Source: an uncultured Nitrososphaerales archaeon (GTDB lineage: Archaea > Thermoproteota > Nitrososphaeria > Nitrososphaerales > Nitrososphaeraceae). From it: a stretch of DNA of 64,000 bases. Shown here one piece after another: positions 44,759 to 55,460 of this stretch (position 1 is its first letter; each line of letters starts with the position of its first letter). A program made the position numbers and the translations under genes. The notes under the pieces were generated by a model. The model made no database searches. It had not been told where the DNA came from and saw nothing but the letters and a program-made list of their open reading frames with translations. The stretch is from positions 1,024,001 to 1,088,000 of the forward strand of contig CAVQMO010000010.1 of assembly GCA_963713605.1 (NCBI GenBank). The letters are read 5' to 3'.

Positions 44759-45340
44759 CTAGGTATCTAATTTTTTTCTATCGATAGTTCGCGCCCATCG
44801 CTTGAAGACGTTATTTGGAATACGGAATTGGTCTAAGACCTTTCCTACGATGTGGTTCACTAGATCGTCAATAGTTTCCGGTTTATGGTAGAAGCCGGGC
44901 ATGGCAGGGAGCAACACGGCACCGGTCTTATTCAACCGAAGCATATTGAGAAGATGAATTCTCGATAGAGGCGTTTCGCGGGGAACTATTACCAATCTTC
45001 GTGTCTCCTTCAAGCAAACGTCTGCAGCACGTGAAATTAGATTATCATCATAACCATTCGCTATGCTTGACAATGTTTTCATGCTGCATGGAATAATCAC
45101 CATGCCATCTGAGAGAAAAGACCCACTGGATATTTCCGATGCCATGTTATGAGGGTCGTAATTTACAGATGCAAGTGATTTAATGTATTTGGTGGTGAAA
45201 TTTGTTTCAATTCTAATAGTTTTTTCGGCCCATTCACTAATAATCAAATGACTCTCAATATTCAACTCAAAGAGTGCCTCTAGAAATTTTATCCCATAGA
45301 TAACGCCAGAGCCCCCAGTGATCCCTACAATGAGTTTCAT
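44759..45340 (-). CDS. ubiX: Flavin prenyltransferase
   Basis: VGITGGSG, SSGSF, PCSMKTL, RETP and PAMPGFY. Confidence 0.95.
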   Translation of the reverse strand: MKLIVGITGGSGVIYGIKFLEALFELNIESHLIISEWAEKTIRIETNFTTKYIKSLASVNYDPHNMASEISSGSFLSDGMVIIPCSMKTLSSIANGYDDNLISRAADVCLKETRRLVIVPRETPLSRIHLLNMLRLNKTGAVLLPAMPGFYHKPETIDDLVNHIVGKVLDQFRIPNNVFKRWARTIDRKKLDT

Positions 45341-45433
45341 ATTCTACCTTAGTAAAAGGCAATTCCTATTTATTCCTGATGACCCGGTAGTAACAAAACA
45401 AATTAATGAACATTCATCTACGACAATTCTACA

Positions 45434-46334
45434 ATGCGCTTAACAGTATTTGGAAGTCTTGCATTGGACACTACTAGAACTCCATTTAGGACGGAAGTGG
45501 AAATAATGGGAGGCGCTCGCTACATATGCAGCTCTTGCCTCCAGCAAGTTCGTCGAAACAGAGATCCTGGGAGTAATCGGATCTGATTTTCCAGAAAAAT
45601 ACCTGGAGATCTTGCGATCAAAAGTTGGAACAGCTGGACTTGTGATGAAATCTGGTAAAAGAACATTTAGATATGATTCTTCATTTAATTACGATCTTTC
45701 GCACAGGACTACTAACAAGACGGAGCTTAACGTGATATCAGAATACGAACCGTCGGTACCAGATCAACTTAAGAATTCAATGTATATCTATTTGGCAAAC
45801 AACGATCCGATTCAGAATATGAAGATGCTTAAGCAATTCATAAATCCAAAGTTGGTAGTTTGTGATACCATAGAATTTTGGATTCAAACCAAACCCGATG
45901 CGGTGAAAAAAATGTTTGGAATGGTCCACGGTGTGATTATTAATGATCAGGAAGCAAGAATGCTTTGTGGCATGTCAAACCTAATTAAATGTGCCAAAGA
46001 GATACTCTCGTGGGGTCCAGAATTTGTTATCATCAAAAAGGGGGAACACGGTTCGGTCTTGGTGCGATCTGATATGATCTTTGTTGCTCCTGCTTATCCG
46101 CTTGAGGAGATTGTCGACCCTACTGGAGCTGGTGACTCCTTTGCCGGAGGATTTATGGGGCACTTGGCCTCAATTGAAGCTAATGATGTGAAAGAATTTA
46201 GGTCTGCAGTAGTTTACGGTAACGTCATGGGCTCTTTTGCAGTAGAAGACTTTGGTTTGACCAGACTTCTTAACATCGGCAATGAAGAAATTATCAAAAG
46301 ATTCCATCTCTACCGAACACTAACACAGCTTTAG
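45434..46334 (+). CDS. PfkB family carbohydrate/nucleoside kinase (indel near 45517)
   Basis: GSLALD..GGA, IKKGEHG and DPTGAGDSFAGG. Confidence 0.92.
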
Positions 46335-46389
46335 ACTTCGCAGATTTTTTAAGCTTGTTGCTTCGAAAACAGGAAGTAAGCATGCACCA

Positions 46390-47019
46390 ATGACGATCGC
46401 ACCTCTCAATCATGTAACGGCTTGTTTAGGACGTACTTTCTACGAAAGGGATACCTGTGAGGTAGCAAAATCACTTTTGGGGAAGATTTTTGCACGGAAA
46501 ATAATATCGCCAGGTGGTAACATAAGATTGGCTGGTTACGTTGTCGAAACTGAAGCATATGGTTACCGAGATGACCCCGCTAGTCACGCGTTTAGTGGTA
46601 ATAGGCCCAGGAACTCTATTATGTTCGGGGACGTGGGCTGTTTATATGTATATTTTGTTTATGGTAAACACTTTTGTGCTAACGTCACCGCAAGAAAGAA
46701 CGATACCAAGGCTGGTGCCGTACTAATTAGATCCATTCTGCCTTTAGCGGGACAAGATATGATGAGCAAGATGAGAAAGAATTCTAAGAATTTGACAATA
46801 GGTCCTGGTCGGGTTACAGAGGCTATGTCAATAACGTTGGCTCACAATGGCTTGGACGTTACTCAAGAGACCTCTCTTATCTCTATCCATCAAGGGCTAG
46901 AGATCGCCGACTTTATGACAAGCACAAGGATAGGGATATCAAAAGCCATTGACAGGCCTTGGCGATACACCGCTACCAGATTTGCTTCTGGCTTGAAGAT
47001 TAAATTCCGTGATAGGTGA
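46390..47019 (+). CDS. DNA-3-methyladenine glycosylase (MPG/AAG)
   Basis: VETEAY..DPASH, YVYFVYGKH, AVLIRS, GPGR and RIGIS. Confidence 0.93.
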   Translation: MTIAPLNHVTACLGRTFYERDTCEVAKSLLGKIFARKIISPGGNIRLAGYVVETEAYGYRDDPASHAFSGNRPRNSIMFGDVGCLYVYFVYGKHFCANVTARKNDTKAGAVLIRSILPLAGQDMMSKMRKNSKNLTIGPGRVTEAMSITLAHNGLDVTQETSLISIHQGLEIADFMTSTRIGISKAIDRPWRYTATRFASGLKIKFRDR

Positions 47020-47081
47020 TATCATGCTTACAATCTTTCAAGAAGTCATATAATCTTCTTGAAATTGTTCAAATTGCATTG

Positions 47082-48581
47082 TTAGGCGAGCAACACTTTT
47101 TTTCCTGCATTCATTATGTTTTTCTTGTCAAAAATCTTCTTTACTTGAACAAAAAGTTGGTAAGTATCAGCACCAAACATTTCTTTAATGTAGCGAGAAC
47201 GCACCAACCCATCCCCATGTTCCGCACTAATGCTCCCTCTAAGCTCCTTCACTTTTAAAAAAACCTCGCTGGCAAGCTGCTCGATGACCAGTTCGCCCTG
47301 AGCAGACTGGGCATTAATTAGAGGTCTGGTGTGAATATTCCCATTACCAATATGACCGTACATCACATAATCCAACATATACCTATCATAAATTTTCTGA
47401 ATGAATGGAATGAATTCTTCTAACAAGGACGGATTAACTATAGTATCCTCAATAATTCCTATAGCCTTCTTATTACCATCACTGATTCGCAGAATGTGGT
47501 TTAATGAGTTTCTTCTTTCTTCCCATGCAGCATTACAACTATTCGTGTCAGACAAGATCTCTATCGAATTGCATCTCTGTTGGAGTGCAGATCTACATCT
47601 ATCAACTTGTTGTTCTAGTTTTGTCAGGGACTCTCCACAGAATTCCGCATAGATGGTAGGGAAATCCGTTAATCCTTTCTCTTTAAGGCGTCCGAAACTT
47701 AGGAGCTCAACAGCTGAAGGATGAAACGATAATATTTTCGGGATGAATTGCAATAAGCTTACCATATCTAAGAATTCGCAAACAAGTAAAATCTCATATT
47801 GCGGAATTTCTATTGTTCTCAGTTTAGCTTTAGTTATGATTCCAAGCGTACCCTCTGCTCCTGCAAAAACCCTTTGGGGAAAATATGATCCGTTTCGGAC
47901 CAAAGCATCCAGCCTAAATCCGGAGGAATTTTTTGAGGTATCTGGGTAAGACGCGGCGATCAGGCCTAAATTTGATAAGACTATGGGAAGAATTGACCCA
48001 CAGCGTTGATCAGGCTGGATTGATGAGCCGATTGTACTCGTGGATCCATCACAGTAGACCACGTCCAATTCTTCGATGTAGTCAATAGTCCTACCATATC
48101 TTAACGTGTGAGCTCCACTCGAATTGTTGGCAATCATGCCACCAATCGTGCAAAAATTACTGCTCGATGGATCGGGGGGAAGCAACTTTCCTTTTTTCTT
48201 AAGCTCTTTGTCCAATACTGTCTTTACAACTCCGGGTTCGAGCACCACACAACTTTCTTCAATTTCAATGATCCTGTTCAAATGCTTGCCAATGTCAACT
48301 ACTATTCCCTGGGTTAGTGCTTGTCCTAGTAGGCCCGTCCCACCTCCTTTGGGAGTTAATGGAATTTCTCTTCCATATGCGTATTGACATATATTAATAA
48401 CATCAGTCACGTCCTCCGGCACAAAAACCATTGACGGAAGAATCTGAAAACGACTAGCATCAACTGAGTGTATGAGCCTTGTCCATTGATCAGTGTACAC
48501 CTTGCCTGCCAATTTCCCCCAATGGTCATCGTCTAGCATCCGGATAAAATATACCGTATCAACGATATAAGTGAGCGGCAC
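47082..48581 (-). CDS. FAD-binding oxidoreductase (GlcD/D-lactate dehydrogenase family)
   Basis: GGGTGL.GQA, PDPSS..CTIGGMIANNSSG, GAEGTLG, GHIGNGNIH and SAEHGDG; likely start ATG 48539. Confidence 0.92.
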   Translation of the reverse strand: MPLTYIVDTVYFIRMLDDDHWGKLAGKVYTDQWTRLIHSVDASRFQILPSMVFVPEDVTDVINICQYAYGREIPLTPKGGGTGLLGQALTQGIVVDIGKHLNRIIEIEESCVVLEPGVVKTVLDKELKKKGKLLPPDPSSSNFCTIGGMIANNSSGAHTLRYGRTIDYIEELDVVYCDGSTSTIGSSIQPDQRCGSILPIVLSNLGLIAASYPDTSKNSSGFRLDALVRNGSYFPQRVFAGAEGTLGIITKAKLRTIEIPQYEILLVCEFLDMVSLLQFIPKILSFHPSAVELLSFGRLKEKGLTDFPTIYAEFCGESLTKLEQQVDRCRSALQQRCNSIEILSDTNSCNAAWEERRNSLNHILRISDGNKKAIGIIEDTIVNPSLLEEFIPFIQKIYDRYMLDYVMYGHIGNGNIHTRPLINAQSAQGELVIEQLASEVFLKVKELRGSISAEHGDGLVRSRYIKEMFGADTYQLFVQVKKIFDKKNIMNAGKKVLLA

Positions 48582-48801
48582 TTTGTTGCTTACCTTTGGC
48601 TATGATTGCACCCATGCAAGTATGTGGATCGATTTGATGTAAGAAATTTTTGTCCATCTAATAACCCAGGATCCCGCTAATCCTTTCGCTTGCAAGGGGG
48701 CCTCTGGACTGACCCTTTTGAGTTGATACCATAATTAAAAGGAGGTAACATTATGTAACAATTATTGGACTGGAAGGGCGGAAAAATGTCTATATCTAGA
48801 G

Positions 48802-49425
48802 TTGTGTCTTGATTCCCTTGTGAATAAGGGAAAATTATTTTTCATCTATGTTGCTAAAGAGTCAGAATGGAAGGACAGAGAAAGTCAAGATTGGATCTAT
48901 GTTCTAGCTATGGTGCGCTTTTTCAATTGGTGGATGAAAAGAAACTTCAATACTAGTTTCACAATAGATGCTGATATATTACCTGTGATTCCAGGCCATC
49001 TATTTGATCGAATGTCTATTGGCTATCTGACAAGAGATCACAAAGAAAGAGGGTCATCGACATATCATTTCTATCTGGCCTATTTTAAACCAATTTGGAC
49101 TGATTGTAAGATCGAAGGATATTCAGCTGAAAATTTTTCGATGGTATATTGGAAGAGACCAGAACATAACGTATTTGGATATGATAGATCAAAATTCTTC
49201 GCGGAAAATAACTGTGCAAAAATATCTCACCTTCTTACCCATGAATGTTTGAGACTCTTAGGAAGACACAGAAAAGAGTATTTTTCATCGGTACATGACC
49301 TATGGGAAAGCCATATGAGAGGTTCAATTCCCTTTGTGTACCATAATGATAAATTTGCACAGGTTTCAGATGACTCAACATACTATTACAAGGTAATAGA
49401 TGTGAAACGACTACGCCATCTGTGA
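48802..49425 (+). CDS. Hypothetical protein with an HE motif (zincin-like, tentative)
   Basis: SHLLTHECL; 207 aa. Confidence 0.6.
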   Translation: MCLDSLVNKGKLFFIYVAKESEWKDRESQDWIYVLAMVRFFNWWMKRNFNTSFTIDADILPVIPGHLFDRMSIGYLTRDHKERGSSTYHFYLAYFKPIWTDCKIEGYSAENFSMVYWKRPEHNVFGYDRSKFFAENNCAKISHLLTHECLRLLGRHRKEYFSSVHDLWESHMRGSIPFVYHNDKFAQVSDDSTYYYKVIDVKRLRHL

Positions 49426-49446
49426 CGCAAGTAAGAGTGAAAAAGA

Positions 49447-49722
49447 TTGGATCACTTTGAAGAAGTCGTGATTAAGTGTGGGGCGATTTCCTCTCTAATT
49501 GGGGTTGCCATCTTGACGACATTGATCATTGTCCTTTTAGCCTATCCGGTCTCAAAGTACTGTAAGGGTAACACTGACAATTGTGAATTCATTTCTCAGG
49601 CTCCCGAACCACTCAGAGGTATTGTTCAACCTATTACCTTGATTACGTCGTTGGCAGGAATAGCTGCTGGGATATTATTGCTAAGGTTAGGGATGTGGCG
49701 CAGGACTAGAAAAATCACTTAG
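49447..49722 (+). CDS. Small two-TM membrane protein
   Basis: Two hydrophobic segments flanking a Cys-pair loop. Confidence 0.65.
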   Translation: MDHFEEVVIKCGAISSLIGVAILTTLIIVLLAYPVSKYCKGNTDNCEFISQAPEPLRGIVQPITLITSLAGIAAGILLLRLGMWRRTRKIT

Positions 49723-49803
49723 GACAGCGATATCCATTTAATATGAATACGGACGTCGCATCATTACCGAAAGTGTATCGGGTTCAATGAGATGGTCACG
49801 CGC

Positions 49804-49988
49804 ATGAGTCTTAATATTCACGACATGAAGGATGGGGCCGAAGGGATATGTTCTACCTGCACCATCAGGTGTCAGTAATTGAACCCTTGATCCACGGGTT
49901 TCTGCCCAATTACGTTGGTTGGGATGTAAGATCTGGAGCCCGTTGCGATTCCTGGCTTCGCTACGACCCCACCCAGCAACGGCTGTAA
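49804..49988 (+). CDS. Small CxxC hypothetical protein (one probable indel)
   Basis: MSLNIHDMKDGAEGICSTC / HQVSVIEPLIHGFLPNYVGWDVRSGARCDSWLRYDPTQQRL*. Confidence 0.35.
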
Positions 49989-50137
49989 ATATTGAAGCGT
50001 AATATCTGCGTATCTGTGTAATCTGAACCTCAGGCAAAAATACTTGTCAAGGAAAGAGATAAATAATTTCGGAGCATACCCAACGATATTGACCGGAGAA
50101 ACGCAGACTGCGGGCAAGACGAACCAGAATAAAGATC

Positions 50138-50947
50138 TTGAGAGCAATAGCAGATAAAAGTGGCGCTGCAAGGTTCTCCGACATTAAGAATGCCACGCGA
50201 CTTTCTACTGGTTCAATATACTATCATCTTGAACGAATGGCTGATTATGTAGGGAAAAATTCGAAGGAATATACCCTTACTGACCAAGGATTTCGGTTTC
50301 TTGAAGAAATCGATCATAGCTATATCGACAACCGACCAGAACAGATCCCTGTCCCTCAAAAGGTGATGGAGGCTCAGATGCCTTCCGGAGAAAGCATAGG
50401 CCGACAATCATTGAAGGGGTTTATGTGGATAATTCCTTATGCAGGTATAGTTGCCGCAATAATATCTGTGTTGCAGGTTAATTCGGCCTTGGGTCTCCCC
50501 GGATTGGATTTAGACAAGATGATTGCTAATGCAAGTTTAATATCATCTTTATCGATAACAGGTATTCTCGCTGCAGCATTCTTGATTATGTTCAGGAGGC
50601 AGATAATCCCTAGGGGAGTTAAAGGTATCATCTTGTCTACGGCGACTATAGTATCAGTACTTGCCGTGAATTTAATAGTATTCTCGGGGCTTTATACACA
50701 GATAGGTGTGATTTCTAGTGTTTCTTATGCCACTGAAATAATTGCCAATGCAAGCTTAATATCATCTTTATCAATAACAGGTATTCTCGCTGCAGCATTC
50801 TTGATTATGTTCAGGAGGCAGATAATCCCAGGAGGGGTTAGGGGATTGACATTTCCTGCTCTAATTGTAATATCGGTAGTCATTGTTAATATTCTTGTGT
50901 TCTCAGGGCTGGATGCACAAGTAACGATGAATCAAGTAGTTTATTAA
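50138..50947 (+). CDS. Membrane-tethered wHTH regulator with duplicated TM module
   Basis: RFSDIKNATRLSTGSIYYHL..YTLTDQG, then about five hydrophobic helices; true start probably near 50088. Confidence 0.75.
   Translation: MRAIADKSGAARFSDIKNATRLSTGSIYYHLERMADYVGKNSKEYTLTDQGFRFLEEIDHSYIDNRPEQIPVPQKVMEAQMPSGESIGRQSLKGFMWIIPYAGIVAAIISVLQVNSALGLPGLDLDKMIANASLISSLSITGILAAAFLIMFRRQIIPRGVKGIILSTATIVSVLAVNLIVFSGLYTQIGVISSVSYATEIIANASLISSLSITGILAAAFLIMFRRQIIPGGVRGLTFPALIVISVVIVNILVFSGLDAQVTMNQVVY
50522..50829 (+). repeat. 89-bp intragenic direct repeat, 219-nt period
   Basis: 50522-50610 versus 50741-50829, three mismatches. Confidence 0.9.
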
Positions 50948-50959
50948 ATTAGATTACGT

Positions 50960-51382
50960 TTGAGCCAGTCAACATGGCTATTATACCTTAATAAAGGCTG
51001 TTGCAAGGTACTGGATACTGTAGTGGTTGCCCGCCGTAGAAATTGCGACATTATGTTGAAATCAGTTTTAGGACTTGAACCAAATGAAGCCCAACTTTAC
51101 TTGTTGGTTGTTTATTCAGGGAAAATGACTGTCTCCAAAATTGCGGAGGCTTGCAATTGGAACGTTGAAAAGGCGAAGCTCTATTCAATTATGTTGATGG
51201 AGAAAGGAATGCTTATCGAGATCAACGACGATGAATTTGAGTCACTTCATCCTCGATTCGCATTATCAAACAGGTATAGAAGGAGATGCAGTGAGTTAGG
51301 CATCGAATATGGTAGGAACGATCAAGTGGATAGCCTAGCGATCTATTTAGAAAAGCACTACGACTTGGCGAGAACCAAATAA
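50960..51382 (+). CDS. TrmB-like HTH protein
   Basis: LGLEPNEAQLYLLVV..GKMTVSKIA..LMEKGM; start uncertain. Confidence 0.7.
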   Translation: MSQSTWLLYLNKGCCKVLDTVVVARRRNCDIMLKSVLGLEPNEAQLYLLVVYSGKMTVSKIAEACNWNVEKAKLYSIMLMEKGMLIEINDDEFESLHPRFALSNRYRRRCSELGIEYGRNDQVDSLAIYLEKHYDLARTK

Positions 51383-51415
51383 ATATACCGAAGATTAAAT
51401 CTAAGGACGAATTGA

Positions 51416-51853
51416 TTGACAGCGGATACGAGTGATTCCAATTCTGTCACCGGAGTTGTGTATTTTGGGGTAATCAATATAAATGAACGACATAGAAATA
51501 TTGGATCTGTTGATGTCTGGCGAAGCGTAGTGACCAAAGAGTTTTTCTGTGAGGAAAAAAGAATCGGTATTCTGGATATTTCAGACAAGATTGGGTTGCA
51601 TAGAATTGACAAGAGTAAAAAATGGGCAGTTGCAGTACATAGAAAGAGAAGAGGAACTAACAGATGGAAGCTAGTTGAACTTATTGGAAAGGGTCCTCAA
51701 CGATTCATAGATTCTGATGATGAGTCAGTAGTTGAAGTAAGTAGTGATAGCTATAGCATTGTTGATGTTGATTGGTGGAGTTTTTTGGTAGAACCCAATG
51801 TAAATCGAACAGTGGACGTTACTGAGGATCTTCCCGGAAATGCTGCCAGATAA
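51416..51853 (+). CDS. Hypothetical protein
   Basis: 145-aa ORF in an apparent operon. Confidence 0.65.
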   Translation: MTADTSDSNSVTGVVYFGVININERHRNIGSVDVWRSVVTKEFFCEEKRIGILDISDKIGLHRIDKSKKWAVAVHRKRRGTNRWKLVELIGKGPQRFIDSDDESVVEVSSDSYSIVDVDWWSFLVEPNVNRTVDVTEDLPGNAAR

Positions 51854-52157
51854 AACTTCAGAATTCCACCACCCTTATACTGCAGTTATAACATCCTCTA
51901 GAGGAGGCAACATCGCAAGTAAGTTGAGAGGATATATACTGATAGATGGCAAGAAATTTCATTTCAGTGCGTTGGCATTTGGGAGGATCGGCGGGCATAA
52001 TATTAACCTTAATCTTTCAAAGAAAACTCTTGCAGAGGTGACAAAGATGGGTCTAGATGGTGAAAAACTTTCTCTAAATCTGCAGAGAAAGCTCATTGAA
52101 GGGGACGTAATTCTGAAACCTAGTAGGCAAGTGGATAGAGATAAAATGACTGTCTAG
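51840..52157 (+). CDS. Hypothetical protein
   Basis: 105-aa ORF overlapping the previous stop; AFGRIGGHN motif. Confidence 0.65.
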   Translation: MLPDKTSEFHHPYTAVITSSRGGNIASKLRGYILIDGKKFHFSALAFGRIGGHNINLNLSKKTLAEVTKMGLDGEKLSLNLQRKLIEGDVILKPSRQVDRDKMTV

Positions 52158-52957
52158 ACCAGGGCATCTTTAAGTGAAGTTCCACAGTTGCATTTTTTTC
52201 TTCTTTTAGGGACCTCTACGATCAATTCCTTAATCAGGGTTTTAGTCTTCCCAATATTTGCTTGCAATTGGCTCAAAATACCTTGAGAGCTCACGGGGTG
52301 TTGAGCCCAGACATCGAAGTCAGTAATTGTTGCCAACGACACATAGCAAATTTCTGCCTCCCTAGCCAACACACATTCAGGAACTAGGGTCATCCCGATT
52401 ATGTGGGCACCTACCACCTCTCGGTAATATTTGGATTCCGCCCTGGTTGAGAATCTCGGACCTTCGATACACAAATAGGTGGCATGATCGTGACAAGGGA
52501 ATGAATGTTCTCTAGCCAATTTGGCAGTTATATCTCTAAGCTCAGGACAAAATGGATCGGCGACAGAAATATGACAAACTCTTCCACCATGGTAGAAGGT
52601 CTGTTCCCTTCTTCTAGTAAAGTCTACAAACTGGTCAGGTACGATGATGTCTCCTGGGACAAGAGACTTATCAAGACTTCCGACGGCGGAGGGAGAAATT
52701 ATTCTTGATACTCTAATCTCCTTTAATGCCCAAATATTTGCTCTATAGTTGATGCCATGAGGAGGTATTGTATGATTCCTACCATGTCGAGGCAAAAATG
52801 CGACCTTTACACCCTCTAATTCACCTATGGTGATGAGGTCAGAAGGTTGCCCAAATGGTGTACTCATCTTAGCTTCAACTATATTTGTGAGCATGGTGGT
52901 ATCGTACATCCCTGTTCCTCCAATAATAGCAATATCAGCAGTGGGTCCGGTTGTCAT
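52154..52957 (-). CDS. mtnP: S-methyl-5'-thioadenosine phosphorylase
   Basis: IIGGTG, TPFG.PS, PRHG, INYRANIWALK, EGPRFSTRAES, GMTLVPE and TDFD. Confidence 0.95.
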   Translation of the reverse strand: MTTGPTADIAIIGGTGMYDTTMLTNIVEAKMSTPFGQPSDLITIGELEGVKVAFLPRHGRNHTIPPHGINYRANIWALKEIRVSRIISPSAVGSLDKSLVPGDIIVPDQFVDFTRRREQTFYHGGRVCHISVADPFCPELRDITAKLAREHSFPCHDHATYLCIEGPRFSTRAESKYYREVVGAHIIGMTLVPECVLAREAEICYVSLATITDFDVWAQHPVSSQGILSQLQANIGKTKTLIKELIVEVPKRRKKCNCGTSLKDALV

Positions 52958-52963
52958 CTTGAA

Positions 52964-53497
52964 TTAGTATACAATTAATGACTGAATATTATACCCTAAC
53001 TCCCGCAATGATGCTCCACCTTTCAGGTCCTTTAATTCAATCAAAAAAGCGAATCCAGAGATATTAGCCCCCTCATCCCTCAATAACCTCGCAGCTGCCA
53101 AGGCCGTACCGCCTGTTGCTATCAGATCGTCTGCAACTATGACATTCTGTCCAGGTAGAAGACTCCCTTGTTGGATCTCCATCTCTGCTGTGCCATATTC
53201 AATCTGATATGATTGTCGACTAGTCCTGCCTGGTAATTTTCCAGCTTTTCTAATCATGATTACACCTAAACCAAATCTTATTGCGATACAGGTCGCAATG
53301 ATAAAGCCTCTAGATTCAATTCCTGCAACCACCTTAGGCTTTTCTGCAATAAACCTGCGATGGAATTCTTCCGAGATATAATTTAAAGCATTTCCGTCAC
53401 TAATTAGAGGATTAATATCTCTGAATAATACTCCTTGTTTTGGGAAATCGGGAAAATCCTTTATTAGTTTCTTTAGATCGAGTGGCTTCGCAGTCAA
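52964..53497 (-). CDS. apt: Adenine phosphoribosyltransferase
   Basis: PDFPKQGVLFRDI, GIESRGF, RKAGKLP and DDLIATGGT. Confidence 0.96.
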   Translation of the reverse strand: MTAKPLDLKKLIKDFPDFPKQGVLFRDINPLISDGNALNYISEEFHRRFIAEKPKVVAGIESRGFIIATCIAIRFGLGVIMIRKAGKLPGRTSRQSYQIEYGTAEMEIQQGSLLPGQNVIVADDLIATGGTALAAARLLRDEGANISGFAFLIELKDLKGGASLRELGYNIQSLIVY

Positions 53498-53892
53498 TAA
53501 ATCCCTACGGAAATCCCGTAGATAAAAAACCTTTCTAAACTAACTGCGAAAGCGTCGATAAGCTAATACGTCCAATCATTTGTTTATTCCCCATTCTTAG
53601 TAATTCGAGTCGTGCGCAGTTACGGAATAAGAAATATTAACAATAGTAATCATATTAGCATTCAATTGGAATCTTTAAGCAGGGCAAATATTCCAGAATT
53701 CCACTACTTAGATATAACTTTCTCATTTGTTACACTACTACTTTTCGAATTGAGAATTTAGAATGCTTTATTTTCAAGTCCATCTTTCTGCTATATCTAT
53801 TCACAAGTTTGGTATCCTACCGAATAAGACGAATAGTTTACTTTAATTTAGTGAAATAATTCTATTTTAGAGATTGTACTTTTCAAAAAGTT

Positions 53893-53910
53893 GAAAAGAA
53901 GATATAAATA
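53893..53910 (+). promoter_or_regulatory. BRE/TATA promoter of abfD (leaderless spacing)
   Basis: Purine-rich GAAAAGAAG followed by ATATAAATA ending 26 nt before ATG 53937. Confidence 0.55.
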
Positions 53911-53936
53911 ATATCAAAGATAATATTTAGATAACT

Positions 53937-55460
53937 ATGCCTATTCGCAGTGGGGGAGAATATATACAGAGTCTTAGAGGGCGAAATCTAGAGGTATATT
54001 TATTTGGAGAACTTGTAAATGAACCCGTTGATCATCCTATGATACGACCCTCGATTAATGCTGTCGCTGAAACCTATGAATTGGCCGAGAAGGAGCCTGA
54101 GCTAGCTTCGGTTCAATCGTCCCTGTCTAAAACGAGAGTGAATAGATTTCTACACATTACTGAAAGTGCAGCGGATTTAGTCAATCAGAATCGTATGCAG
54201 CGAAAATTAGGACAACTGACCGCCACTTGTTTTCAGAGATGTGTCGGAATGGATGCTCTGAATTCTTTGTATTCCACTACTTATGAGATCGATAAGAAGT
54301 ATAATACCGAGTATCATCCTCGATTAAAAGAATTTATAAGATTTGTTCAAACTGAAAATTTGGTTATTGGTGGAGCAATGACTGACGTAAAGGGTGATCG
54401 AAGTCTTTCTCCCAGCCAACAGGACGACCCGGATATGTTTCTCCATATCTCAAAAAGAGATGAGAATGGTGTATACGTGACCGGAGCTAAAGCACATCAG
54501 ACTGGCTGCATCAATTCACATTGGATACTGGTAATGCCTACCATGAGATTGCGATCAGAAGATCGGGATTACGCGATAGTGGGCGCAGTACCCGTTGATG
54601 CTCCTGGGATAATATACATTTACGGCAGACAATCATGCGATACGCGGAGCATGGAAGGTGGAGAGATTGACGCCGGAAATGCACAGTTTTCTGGTCAAGA
54701 GGCCATGATAATTTTTAAGGACGTATTCATTCCAAAAAAAATGATTTTCATGGATGGAGAAGTCGAGTATGCATCAATGCTTGTTGAGCGCTTTACATGC
54801 TATCATAGACGGAGTTATGTTTGCAAGACTGGTTTAGGGGACGTCTTAATCGGAGCTGCTGCTGCAATCGCGGATTACAATGGGGTGGCAAACGCTTCTC
54901 ATATCAAGGATAAGCTAGTCGAAATGACTCATTTGAATGAGACTATTTTTGCAGCAGGAATTGCTTCGTCGTACCAATCCCAACAGACTGCTTCTGGTAA
55001 TTTTCAAAACGACGATATGCTCGCTAACGTCTGCAAGCACAATGTAACTAGATTTCCTTATGAGCTGAGCAGAATAGCTCAGGATGTTGCAGGAGGTTTA
55101 ATGGTGACAATGCCTTCTGAGAAGGACTTTAAGAGCCCAAAAGTTGGGCCTTTGCTTGATAAATACCTAAAGGGAAGAAAAGGTGTATCGACGGAAAACC
55201 GTGTTAGAATATTGAGATTAATTGAAAACATGACACTTGGCAGGAACGCGGTGGGATATCTTACTGAATCAATGCATGGAGCCGGTTCACCTCAGGCACA
55301 ACGCATTCAAATTGCAAGACAAATGCAATTGGGATACAAAAAGAAGTTAGCAAAGAAATTAGCAAATGTCCACGAAGGTGAAACAGAAGAGTTAGACCAT
55401 GAACAGGCAGATTATTTTAATAAGATATTCGGAATGGACGATTCAAAACGCGTCACTTGA
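53937..55460 (+). CDS. abfD: 4-hydroxybutyryl-CoA dehydratase (HP/HB carbon fixation cycle)
   Basis: TCFQRCVGMD, GAKAHQTG, CYHRRSYVCKTG and ESMHGAGSPQAQ. Confidence 0.96.
   Translation: MPIRSGGEYIQSLRGRNLEVYLFGELVNEPVDHPMIRPSINAVAETYELAEKEPELASVQSSLSKTRVNRFLHITESAADLVNQNRMQRKLGQLTATCFQRCVGMDALNSLYSTTYEIDKKYNTEYHPRLKEFIRFVQTENLVIGGAMTDVKGDRSLSPSQQDDPDMFLHISKRDENGVYVTGAKAHQTGCINSHWILVMPTMRLRSEDRDYAIVGAVPVDAPGIIYIYGRQSCDTRSMEGGEIDAGNAQFSGQEAMIIFKDVFIPKKMIFMDGEVEYASMLVERFTCYHRRSYVCKTGLGDVLIGAAAAIADYNGVANASHIKDKLVEMTHLNETIFAAGIASSYQSQQTASGNFQNDDMLANVCKHNVTRFPYELSRIAQDVAGGLMVTMPSEKDFKSPKVGPLLDKYLKGRKGVSTENRVRILRLIENMTLGRNAVGYLTESMHGAGSPQAQRIQIARQMQLGYKKKLAKKLANVHEGETEELDHEQADYFNKIFGMDDSKRVT

Noticed and set aside
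49725..49985. GC-richer, hairpin-forming stretch as SRP or RNase P RNA
   Set aside because: It lacks the SRP helix-8 (CAGG-stem-GGAA-stem-AGCA) and RNase P (GAGGAAAGTCC) signatures; a frameshifted small CDS on + explains it better.
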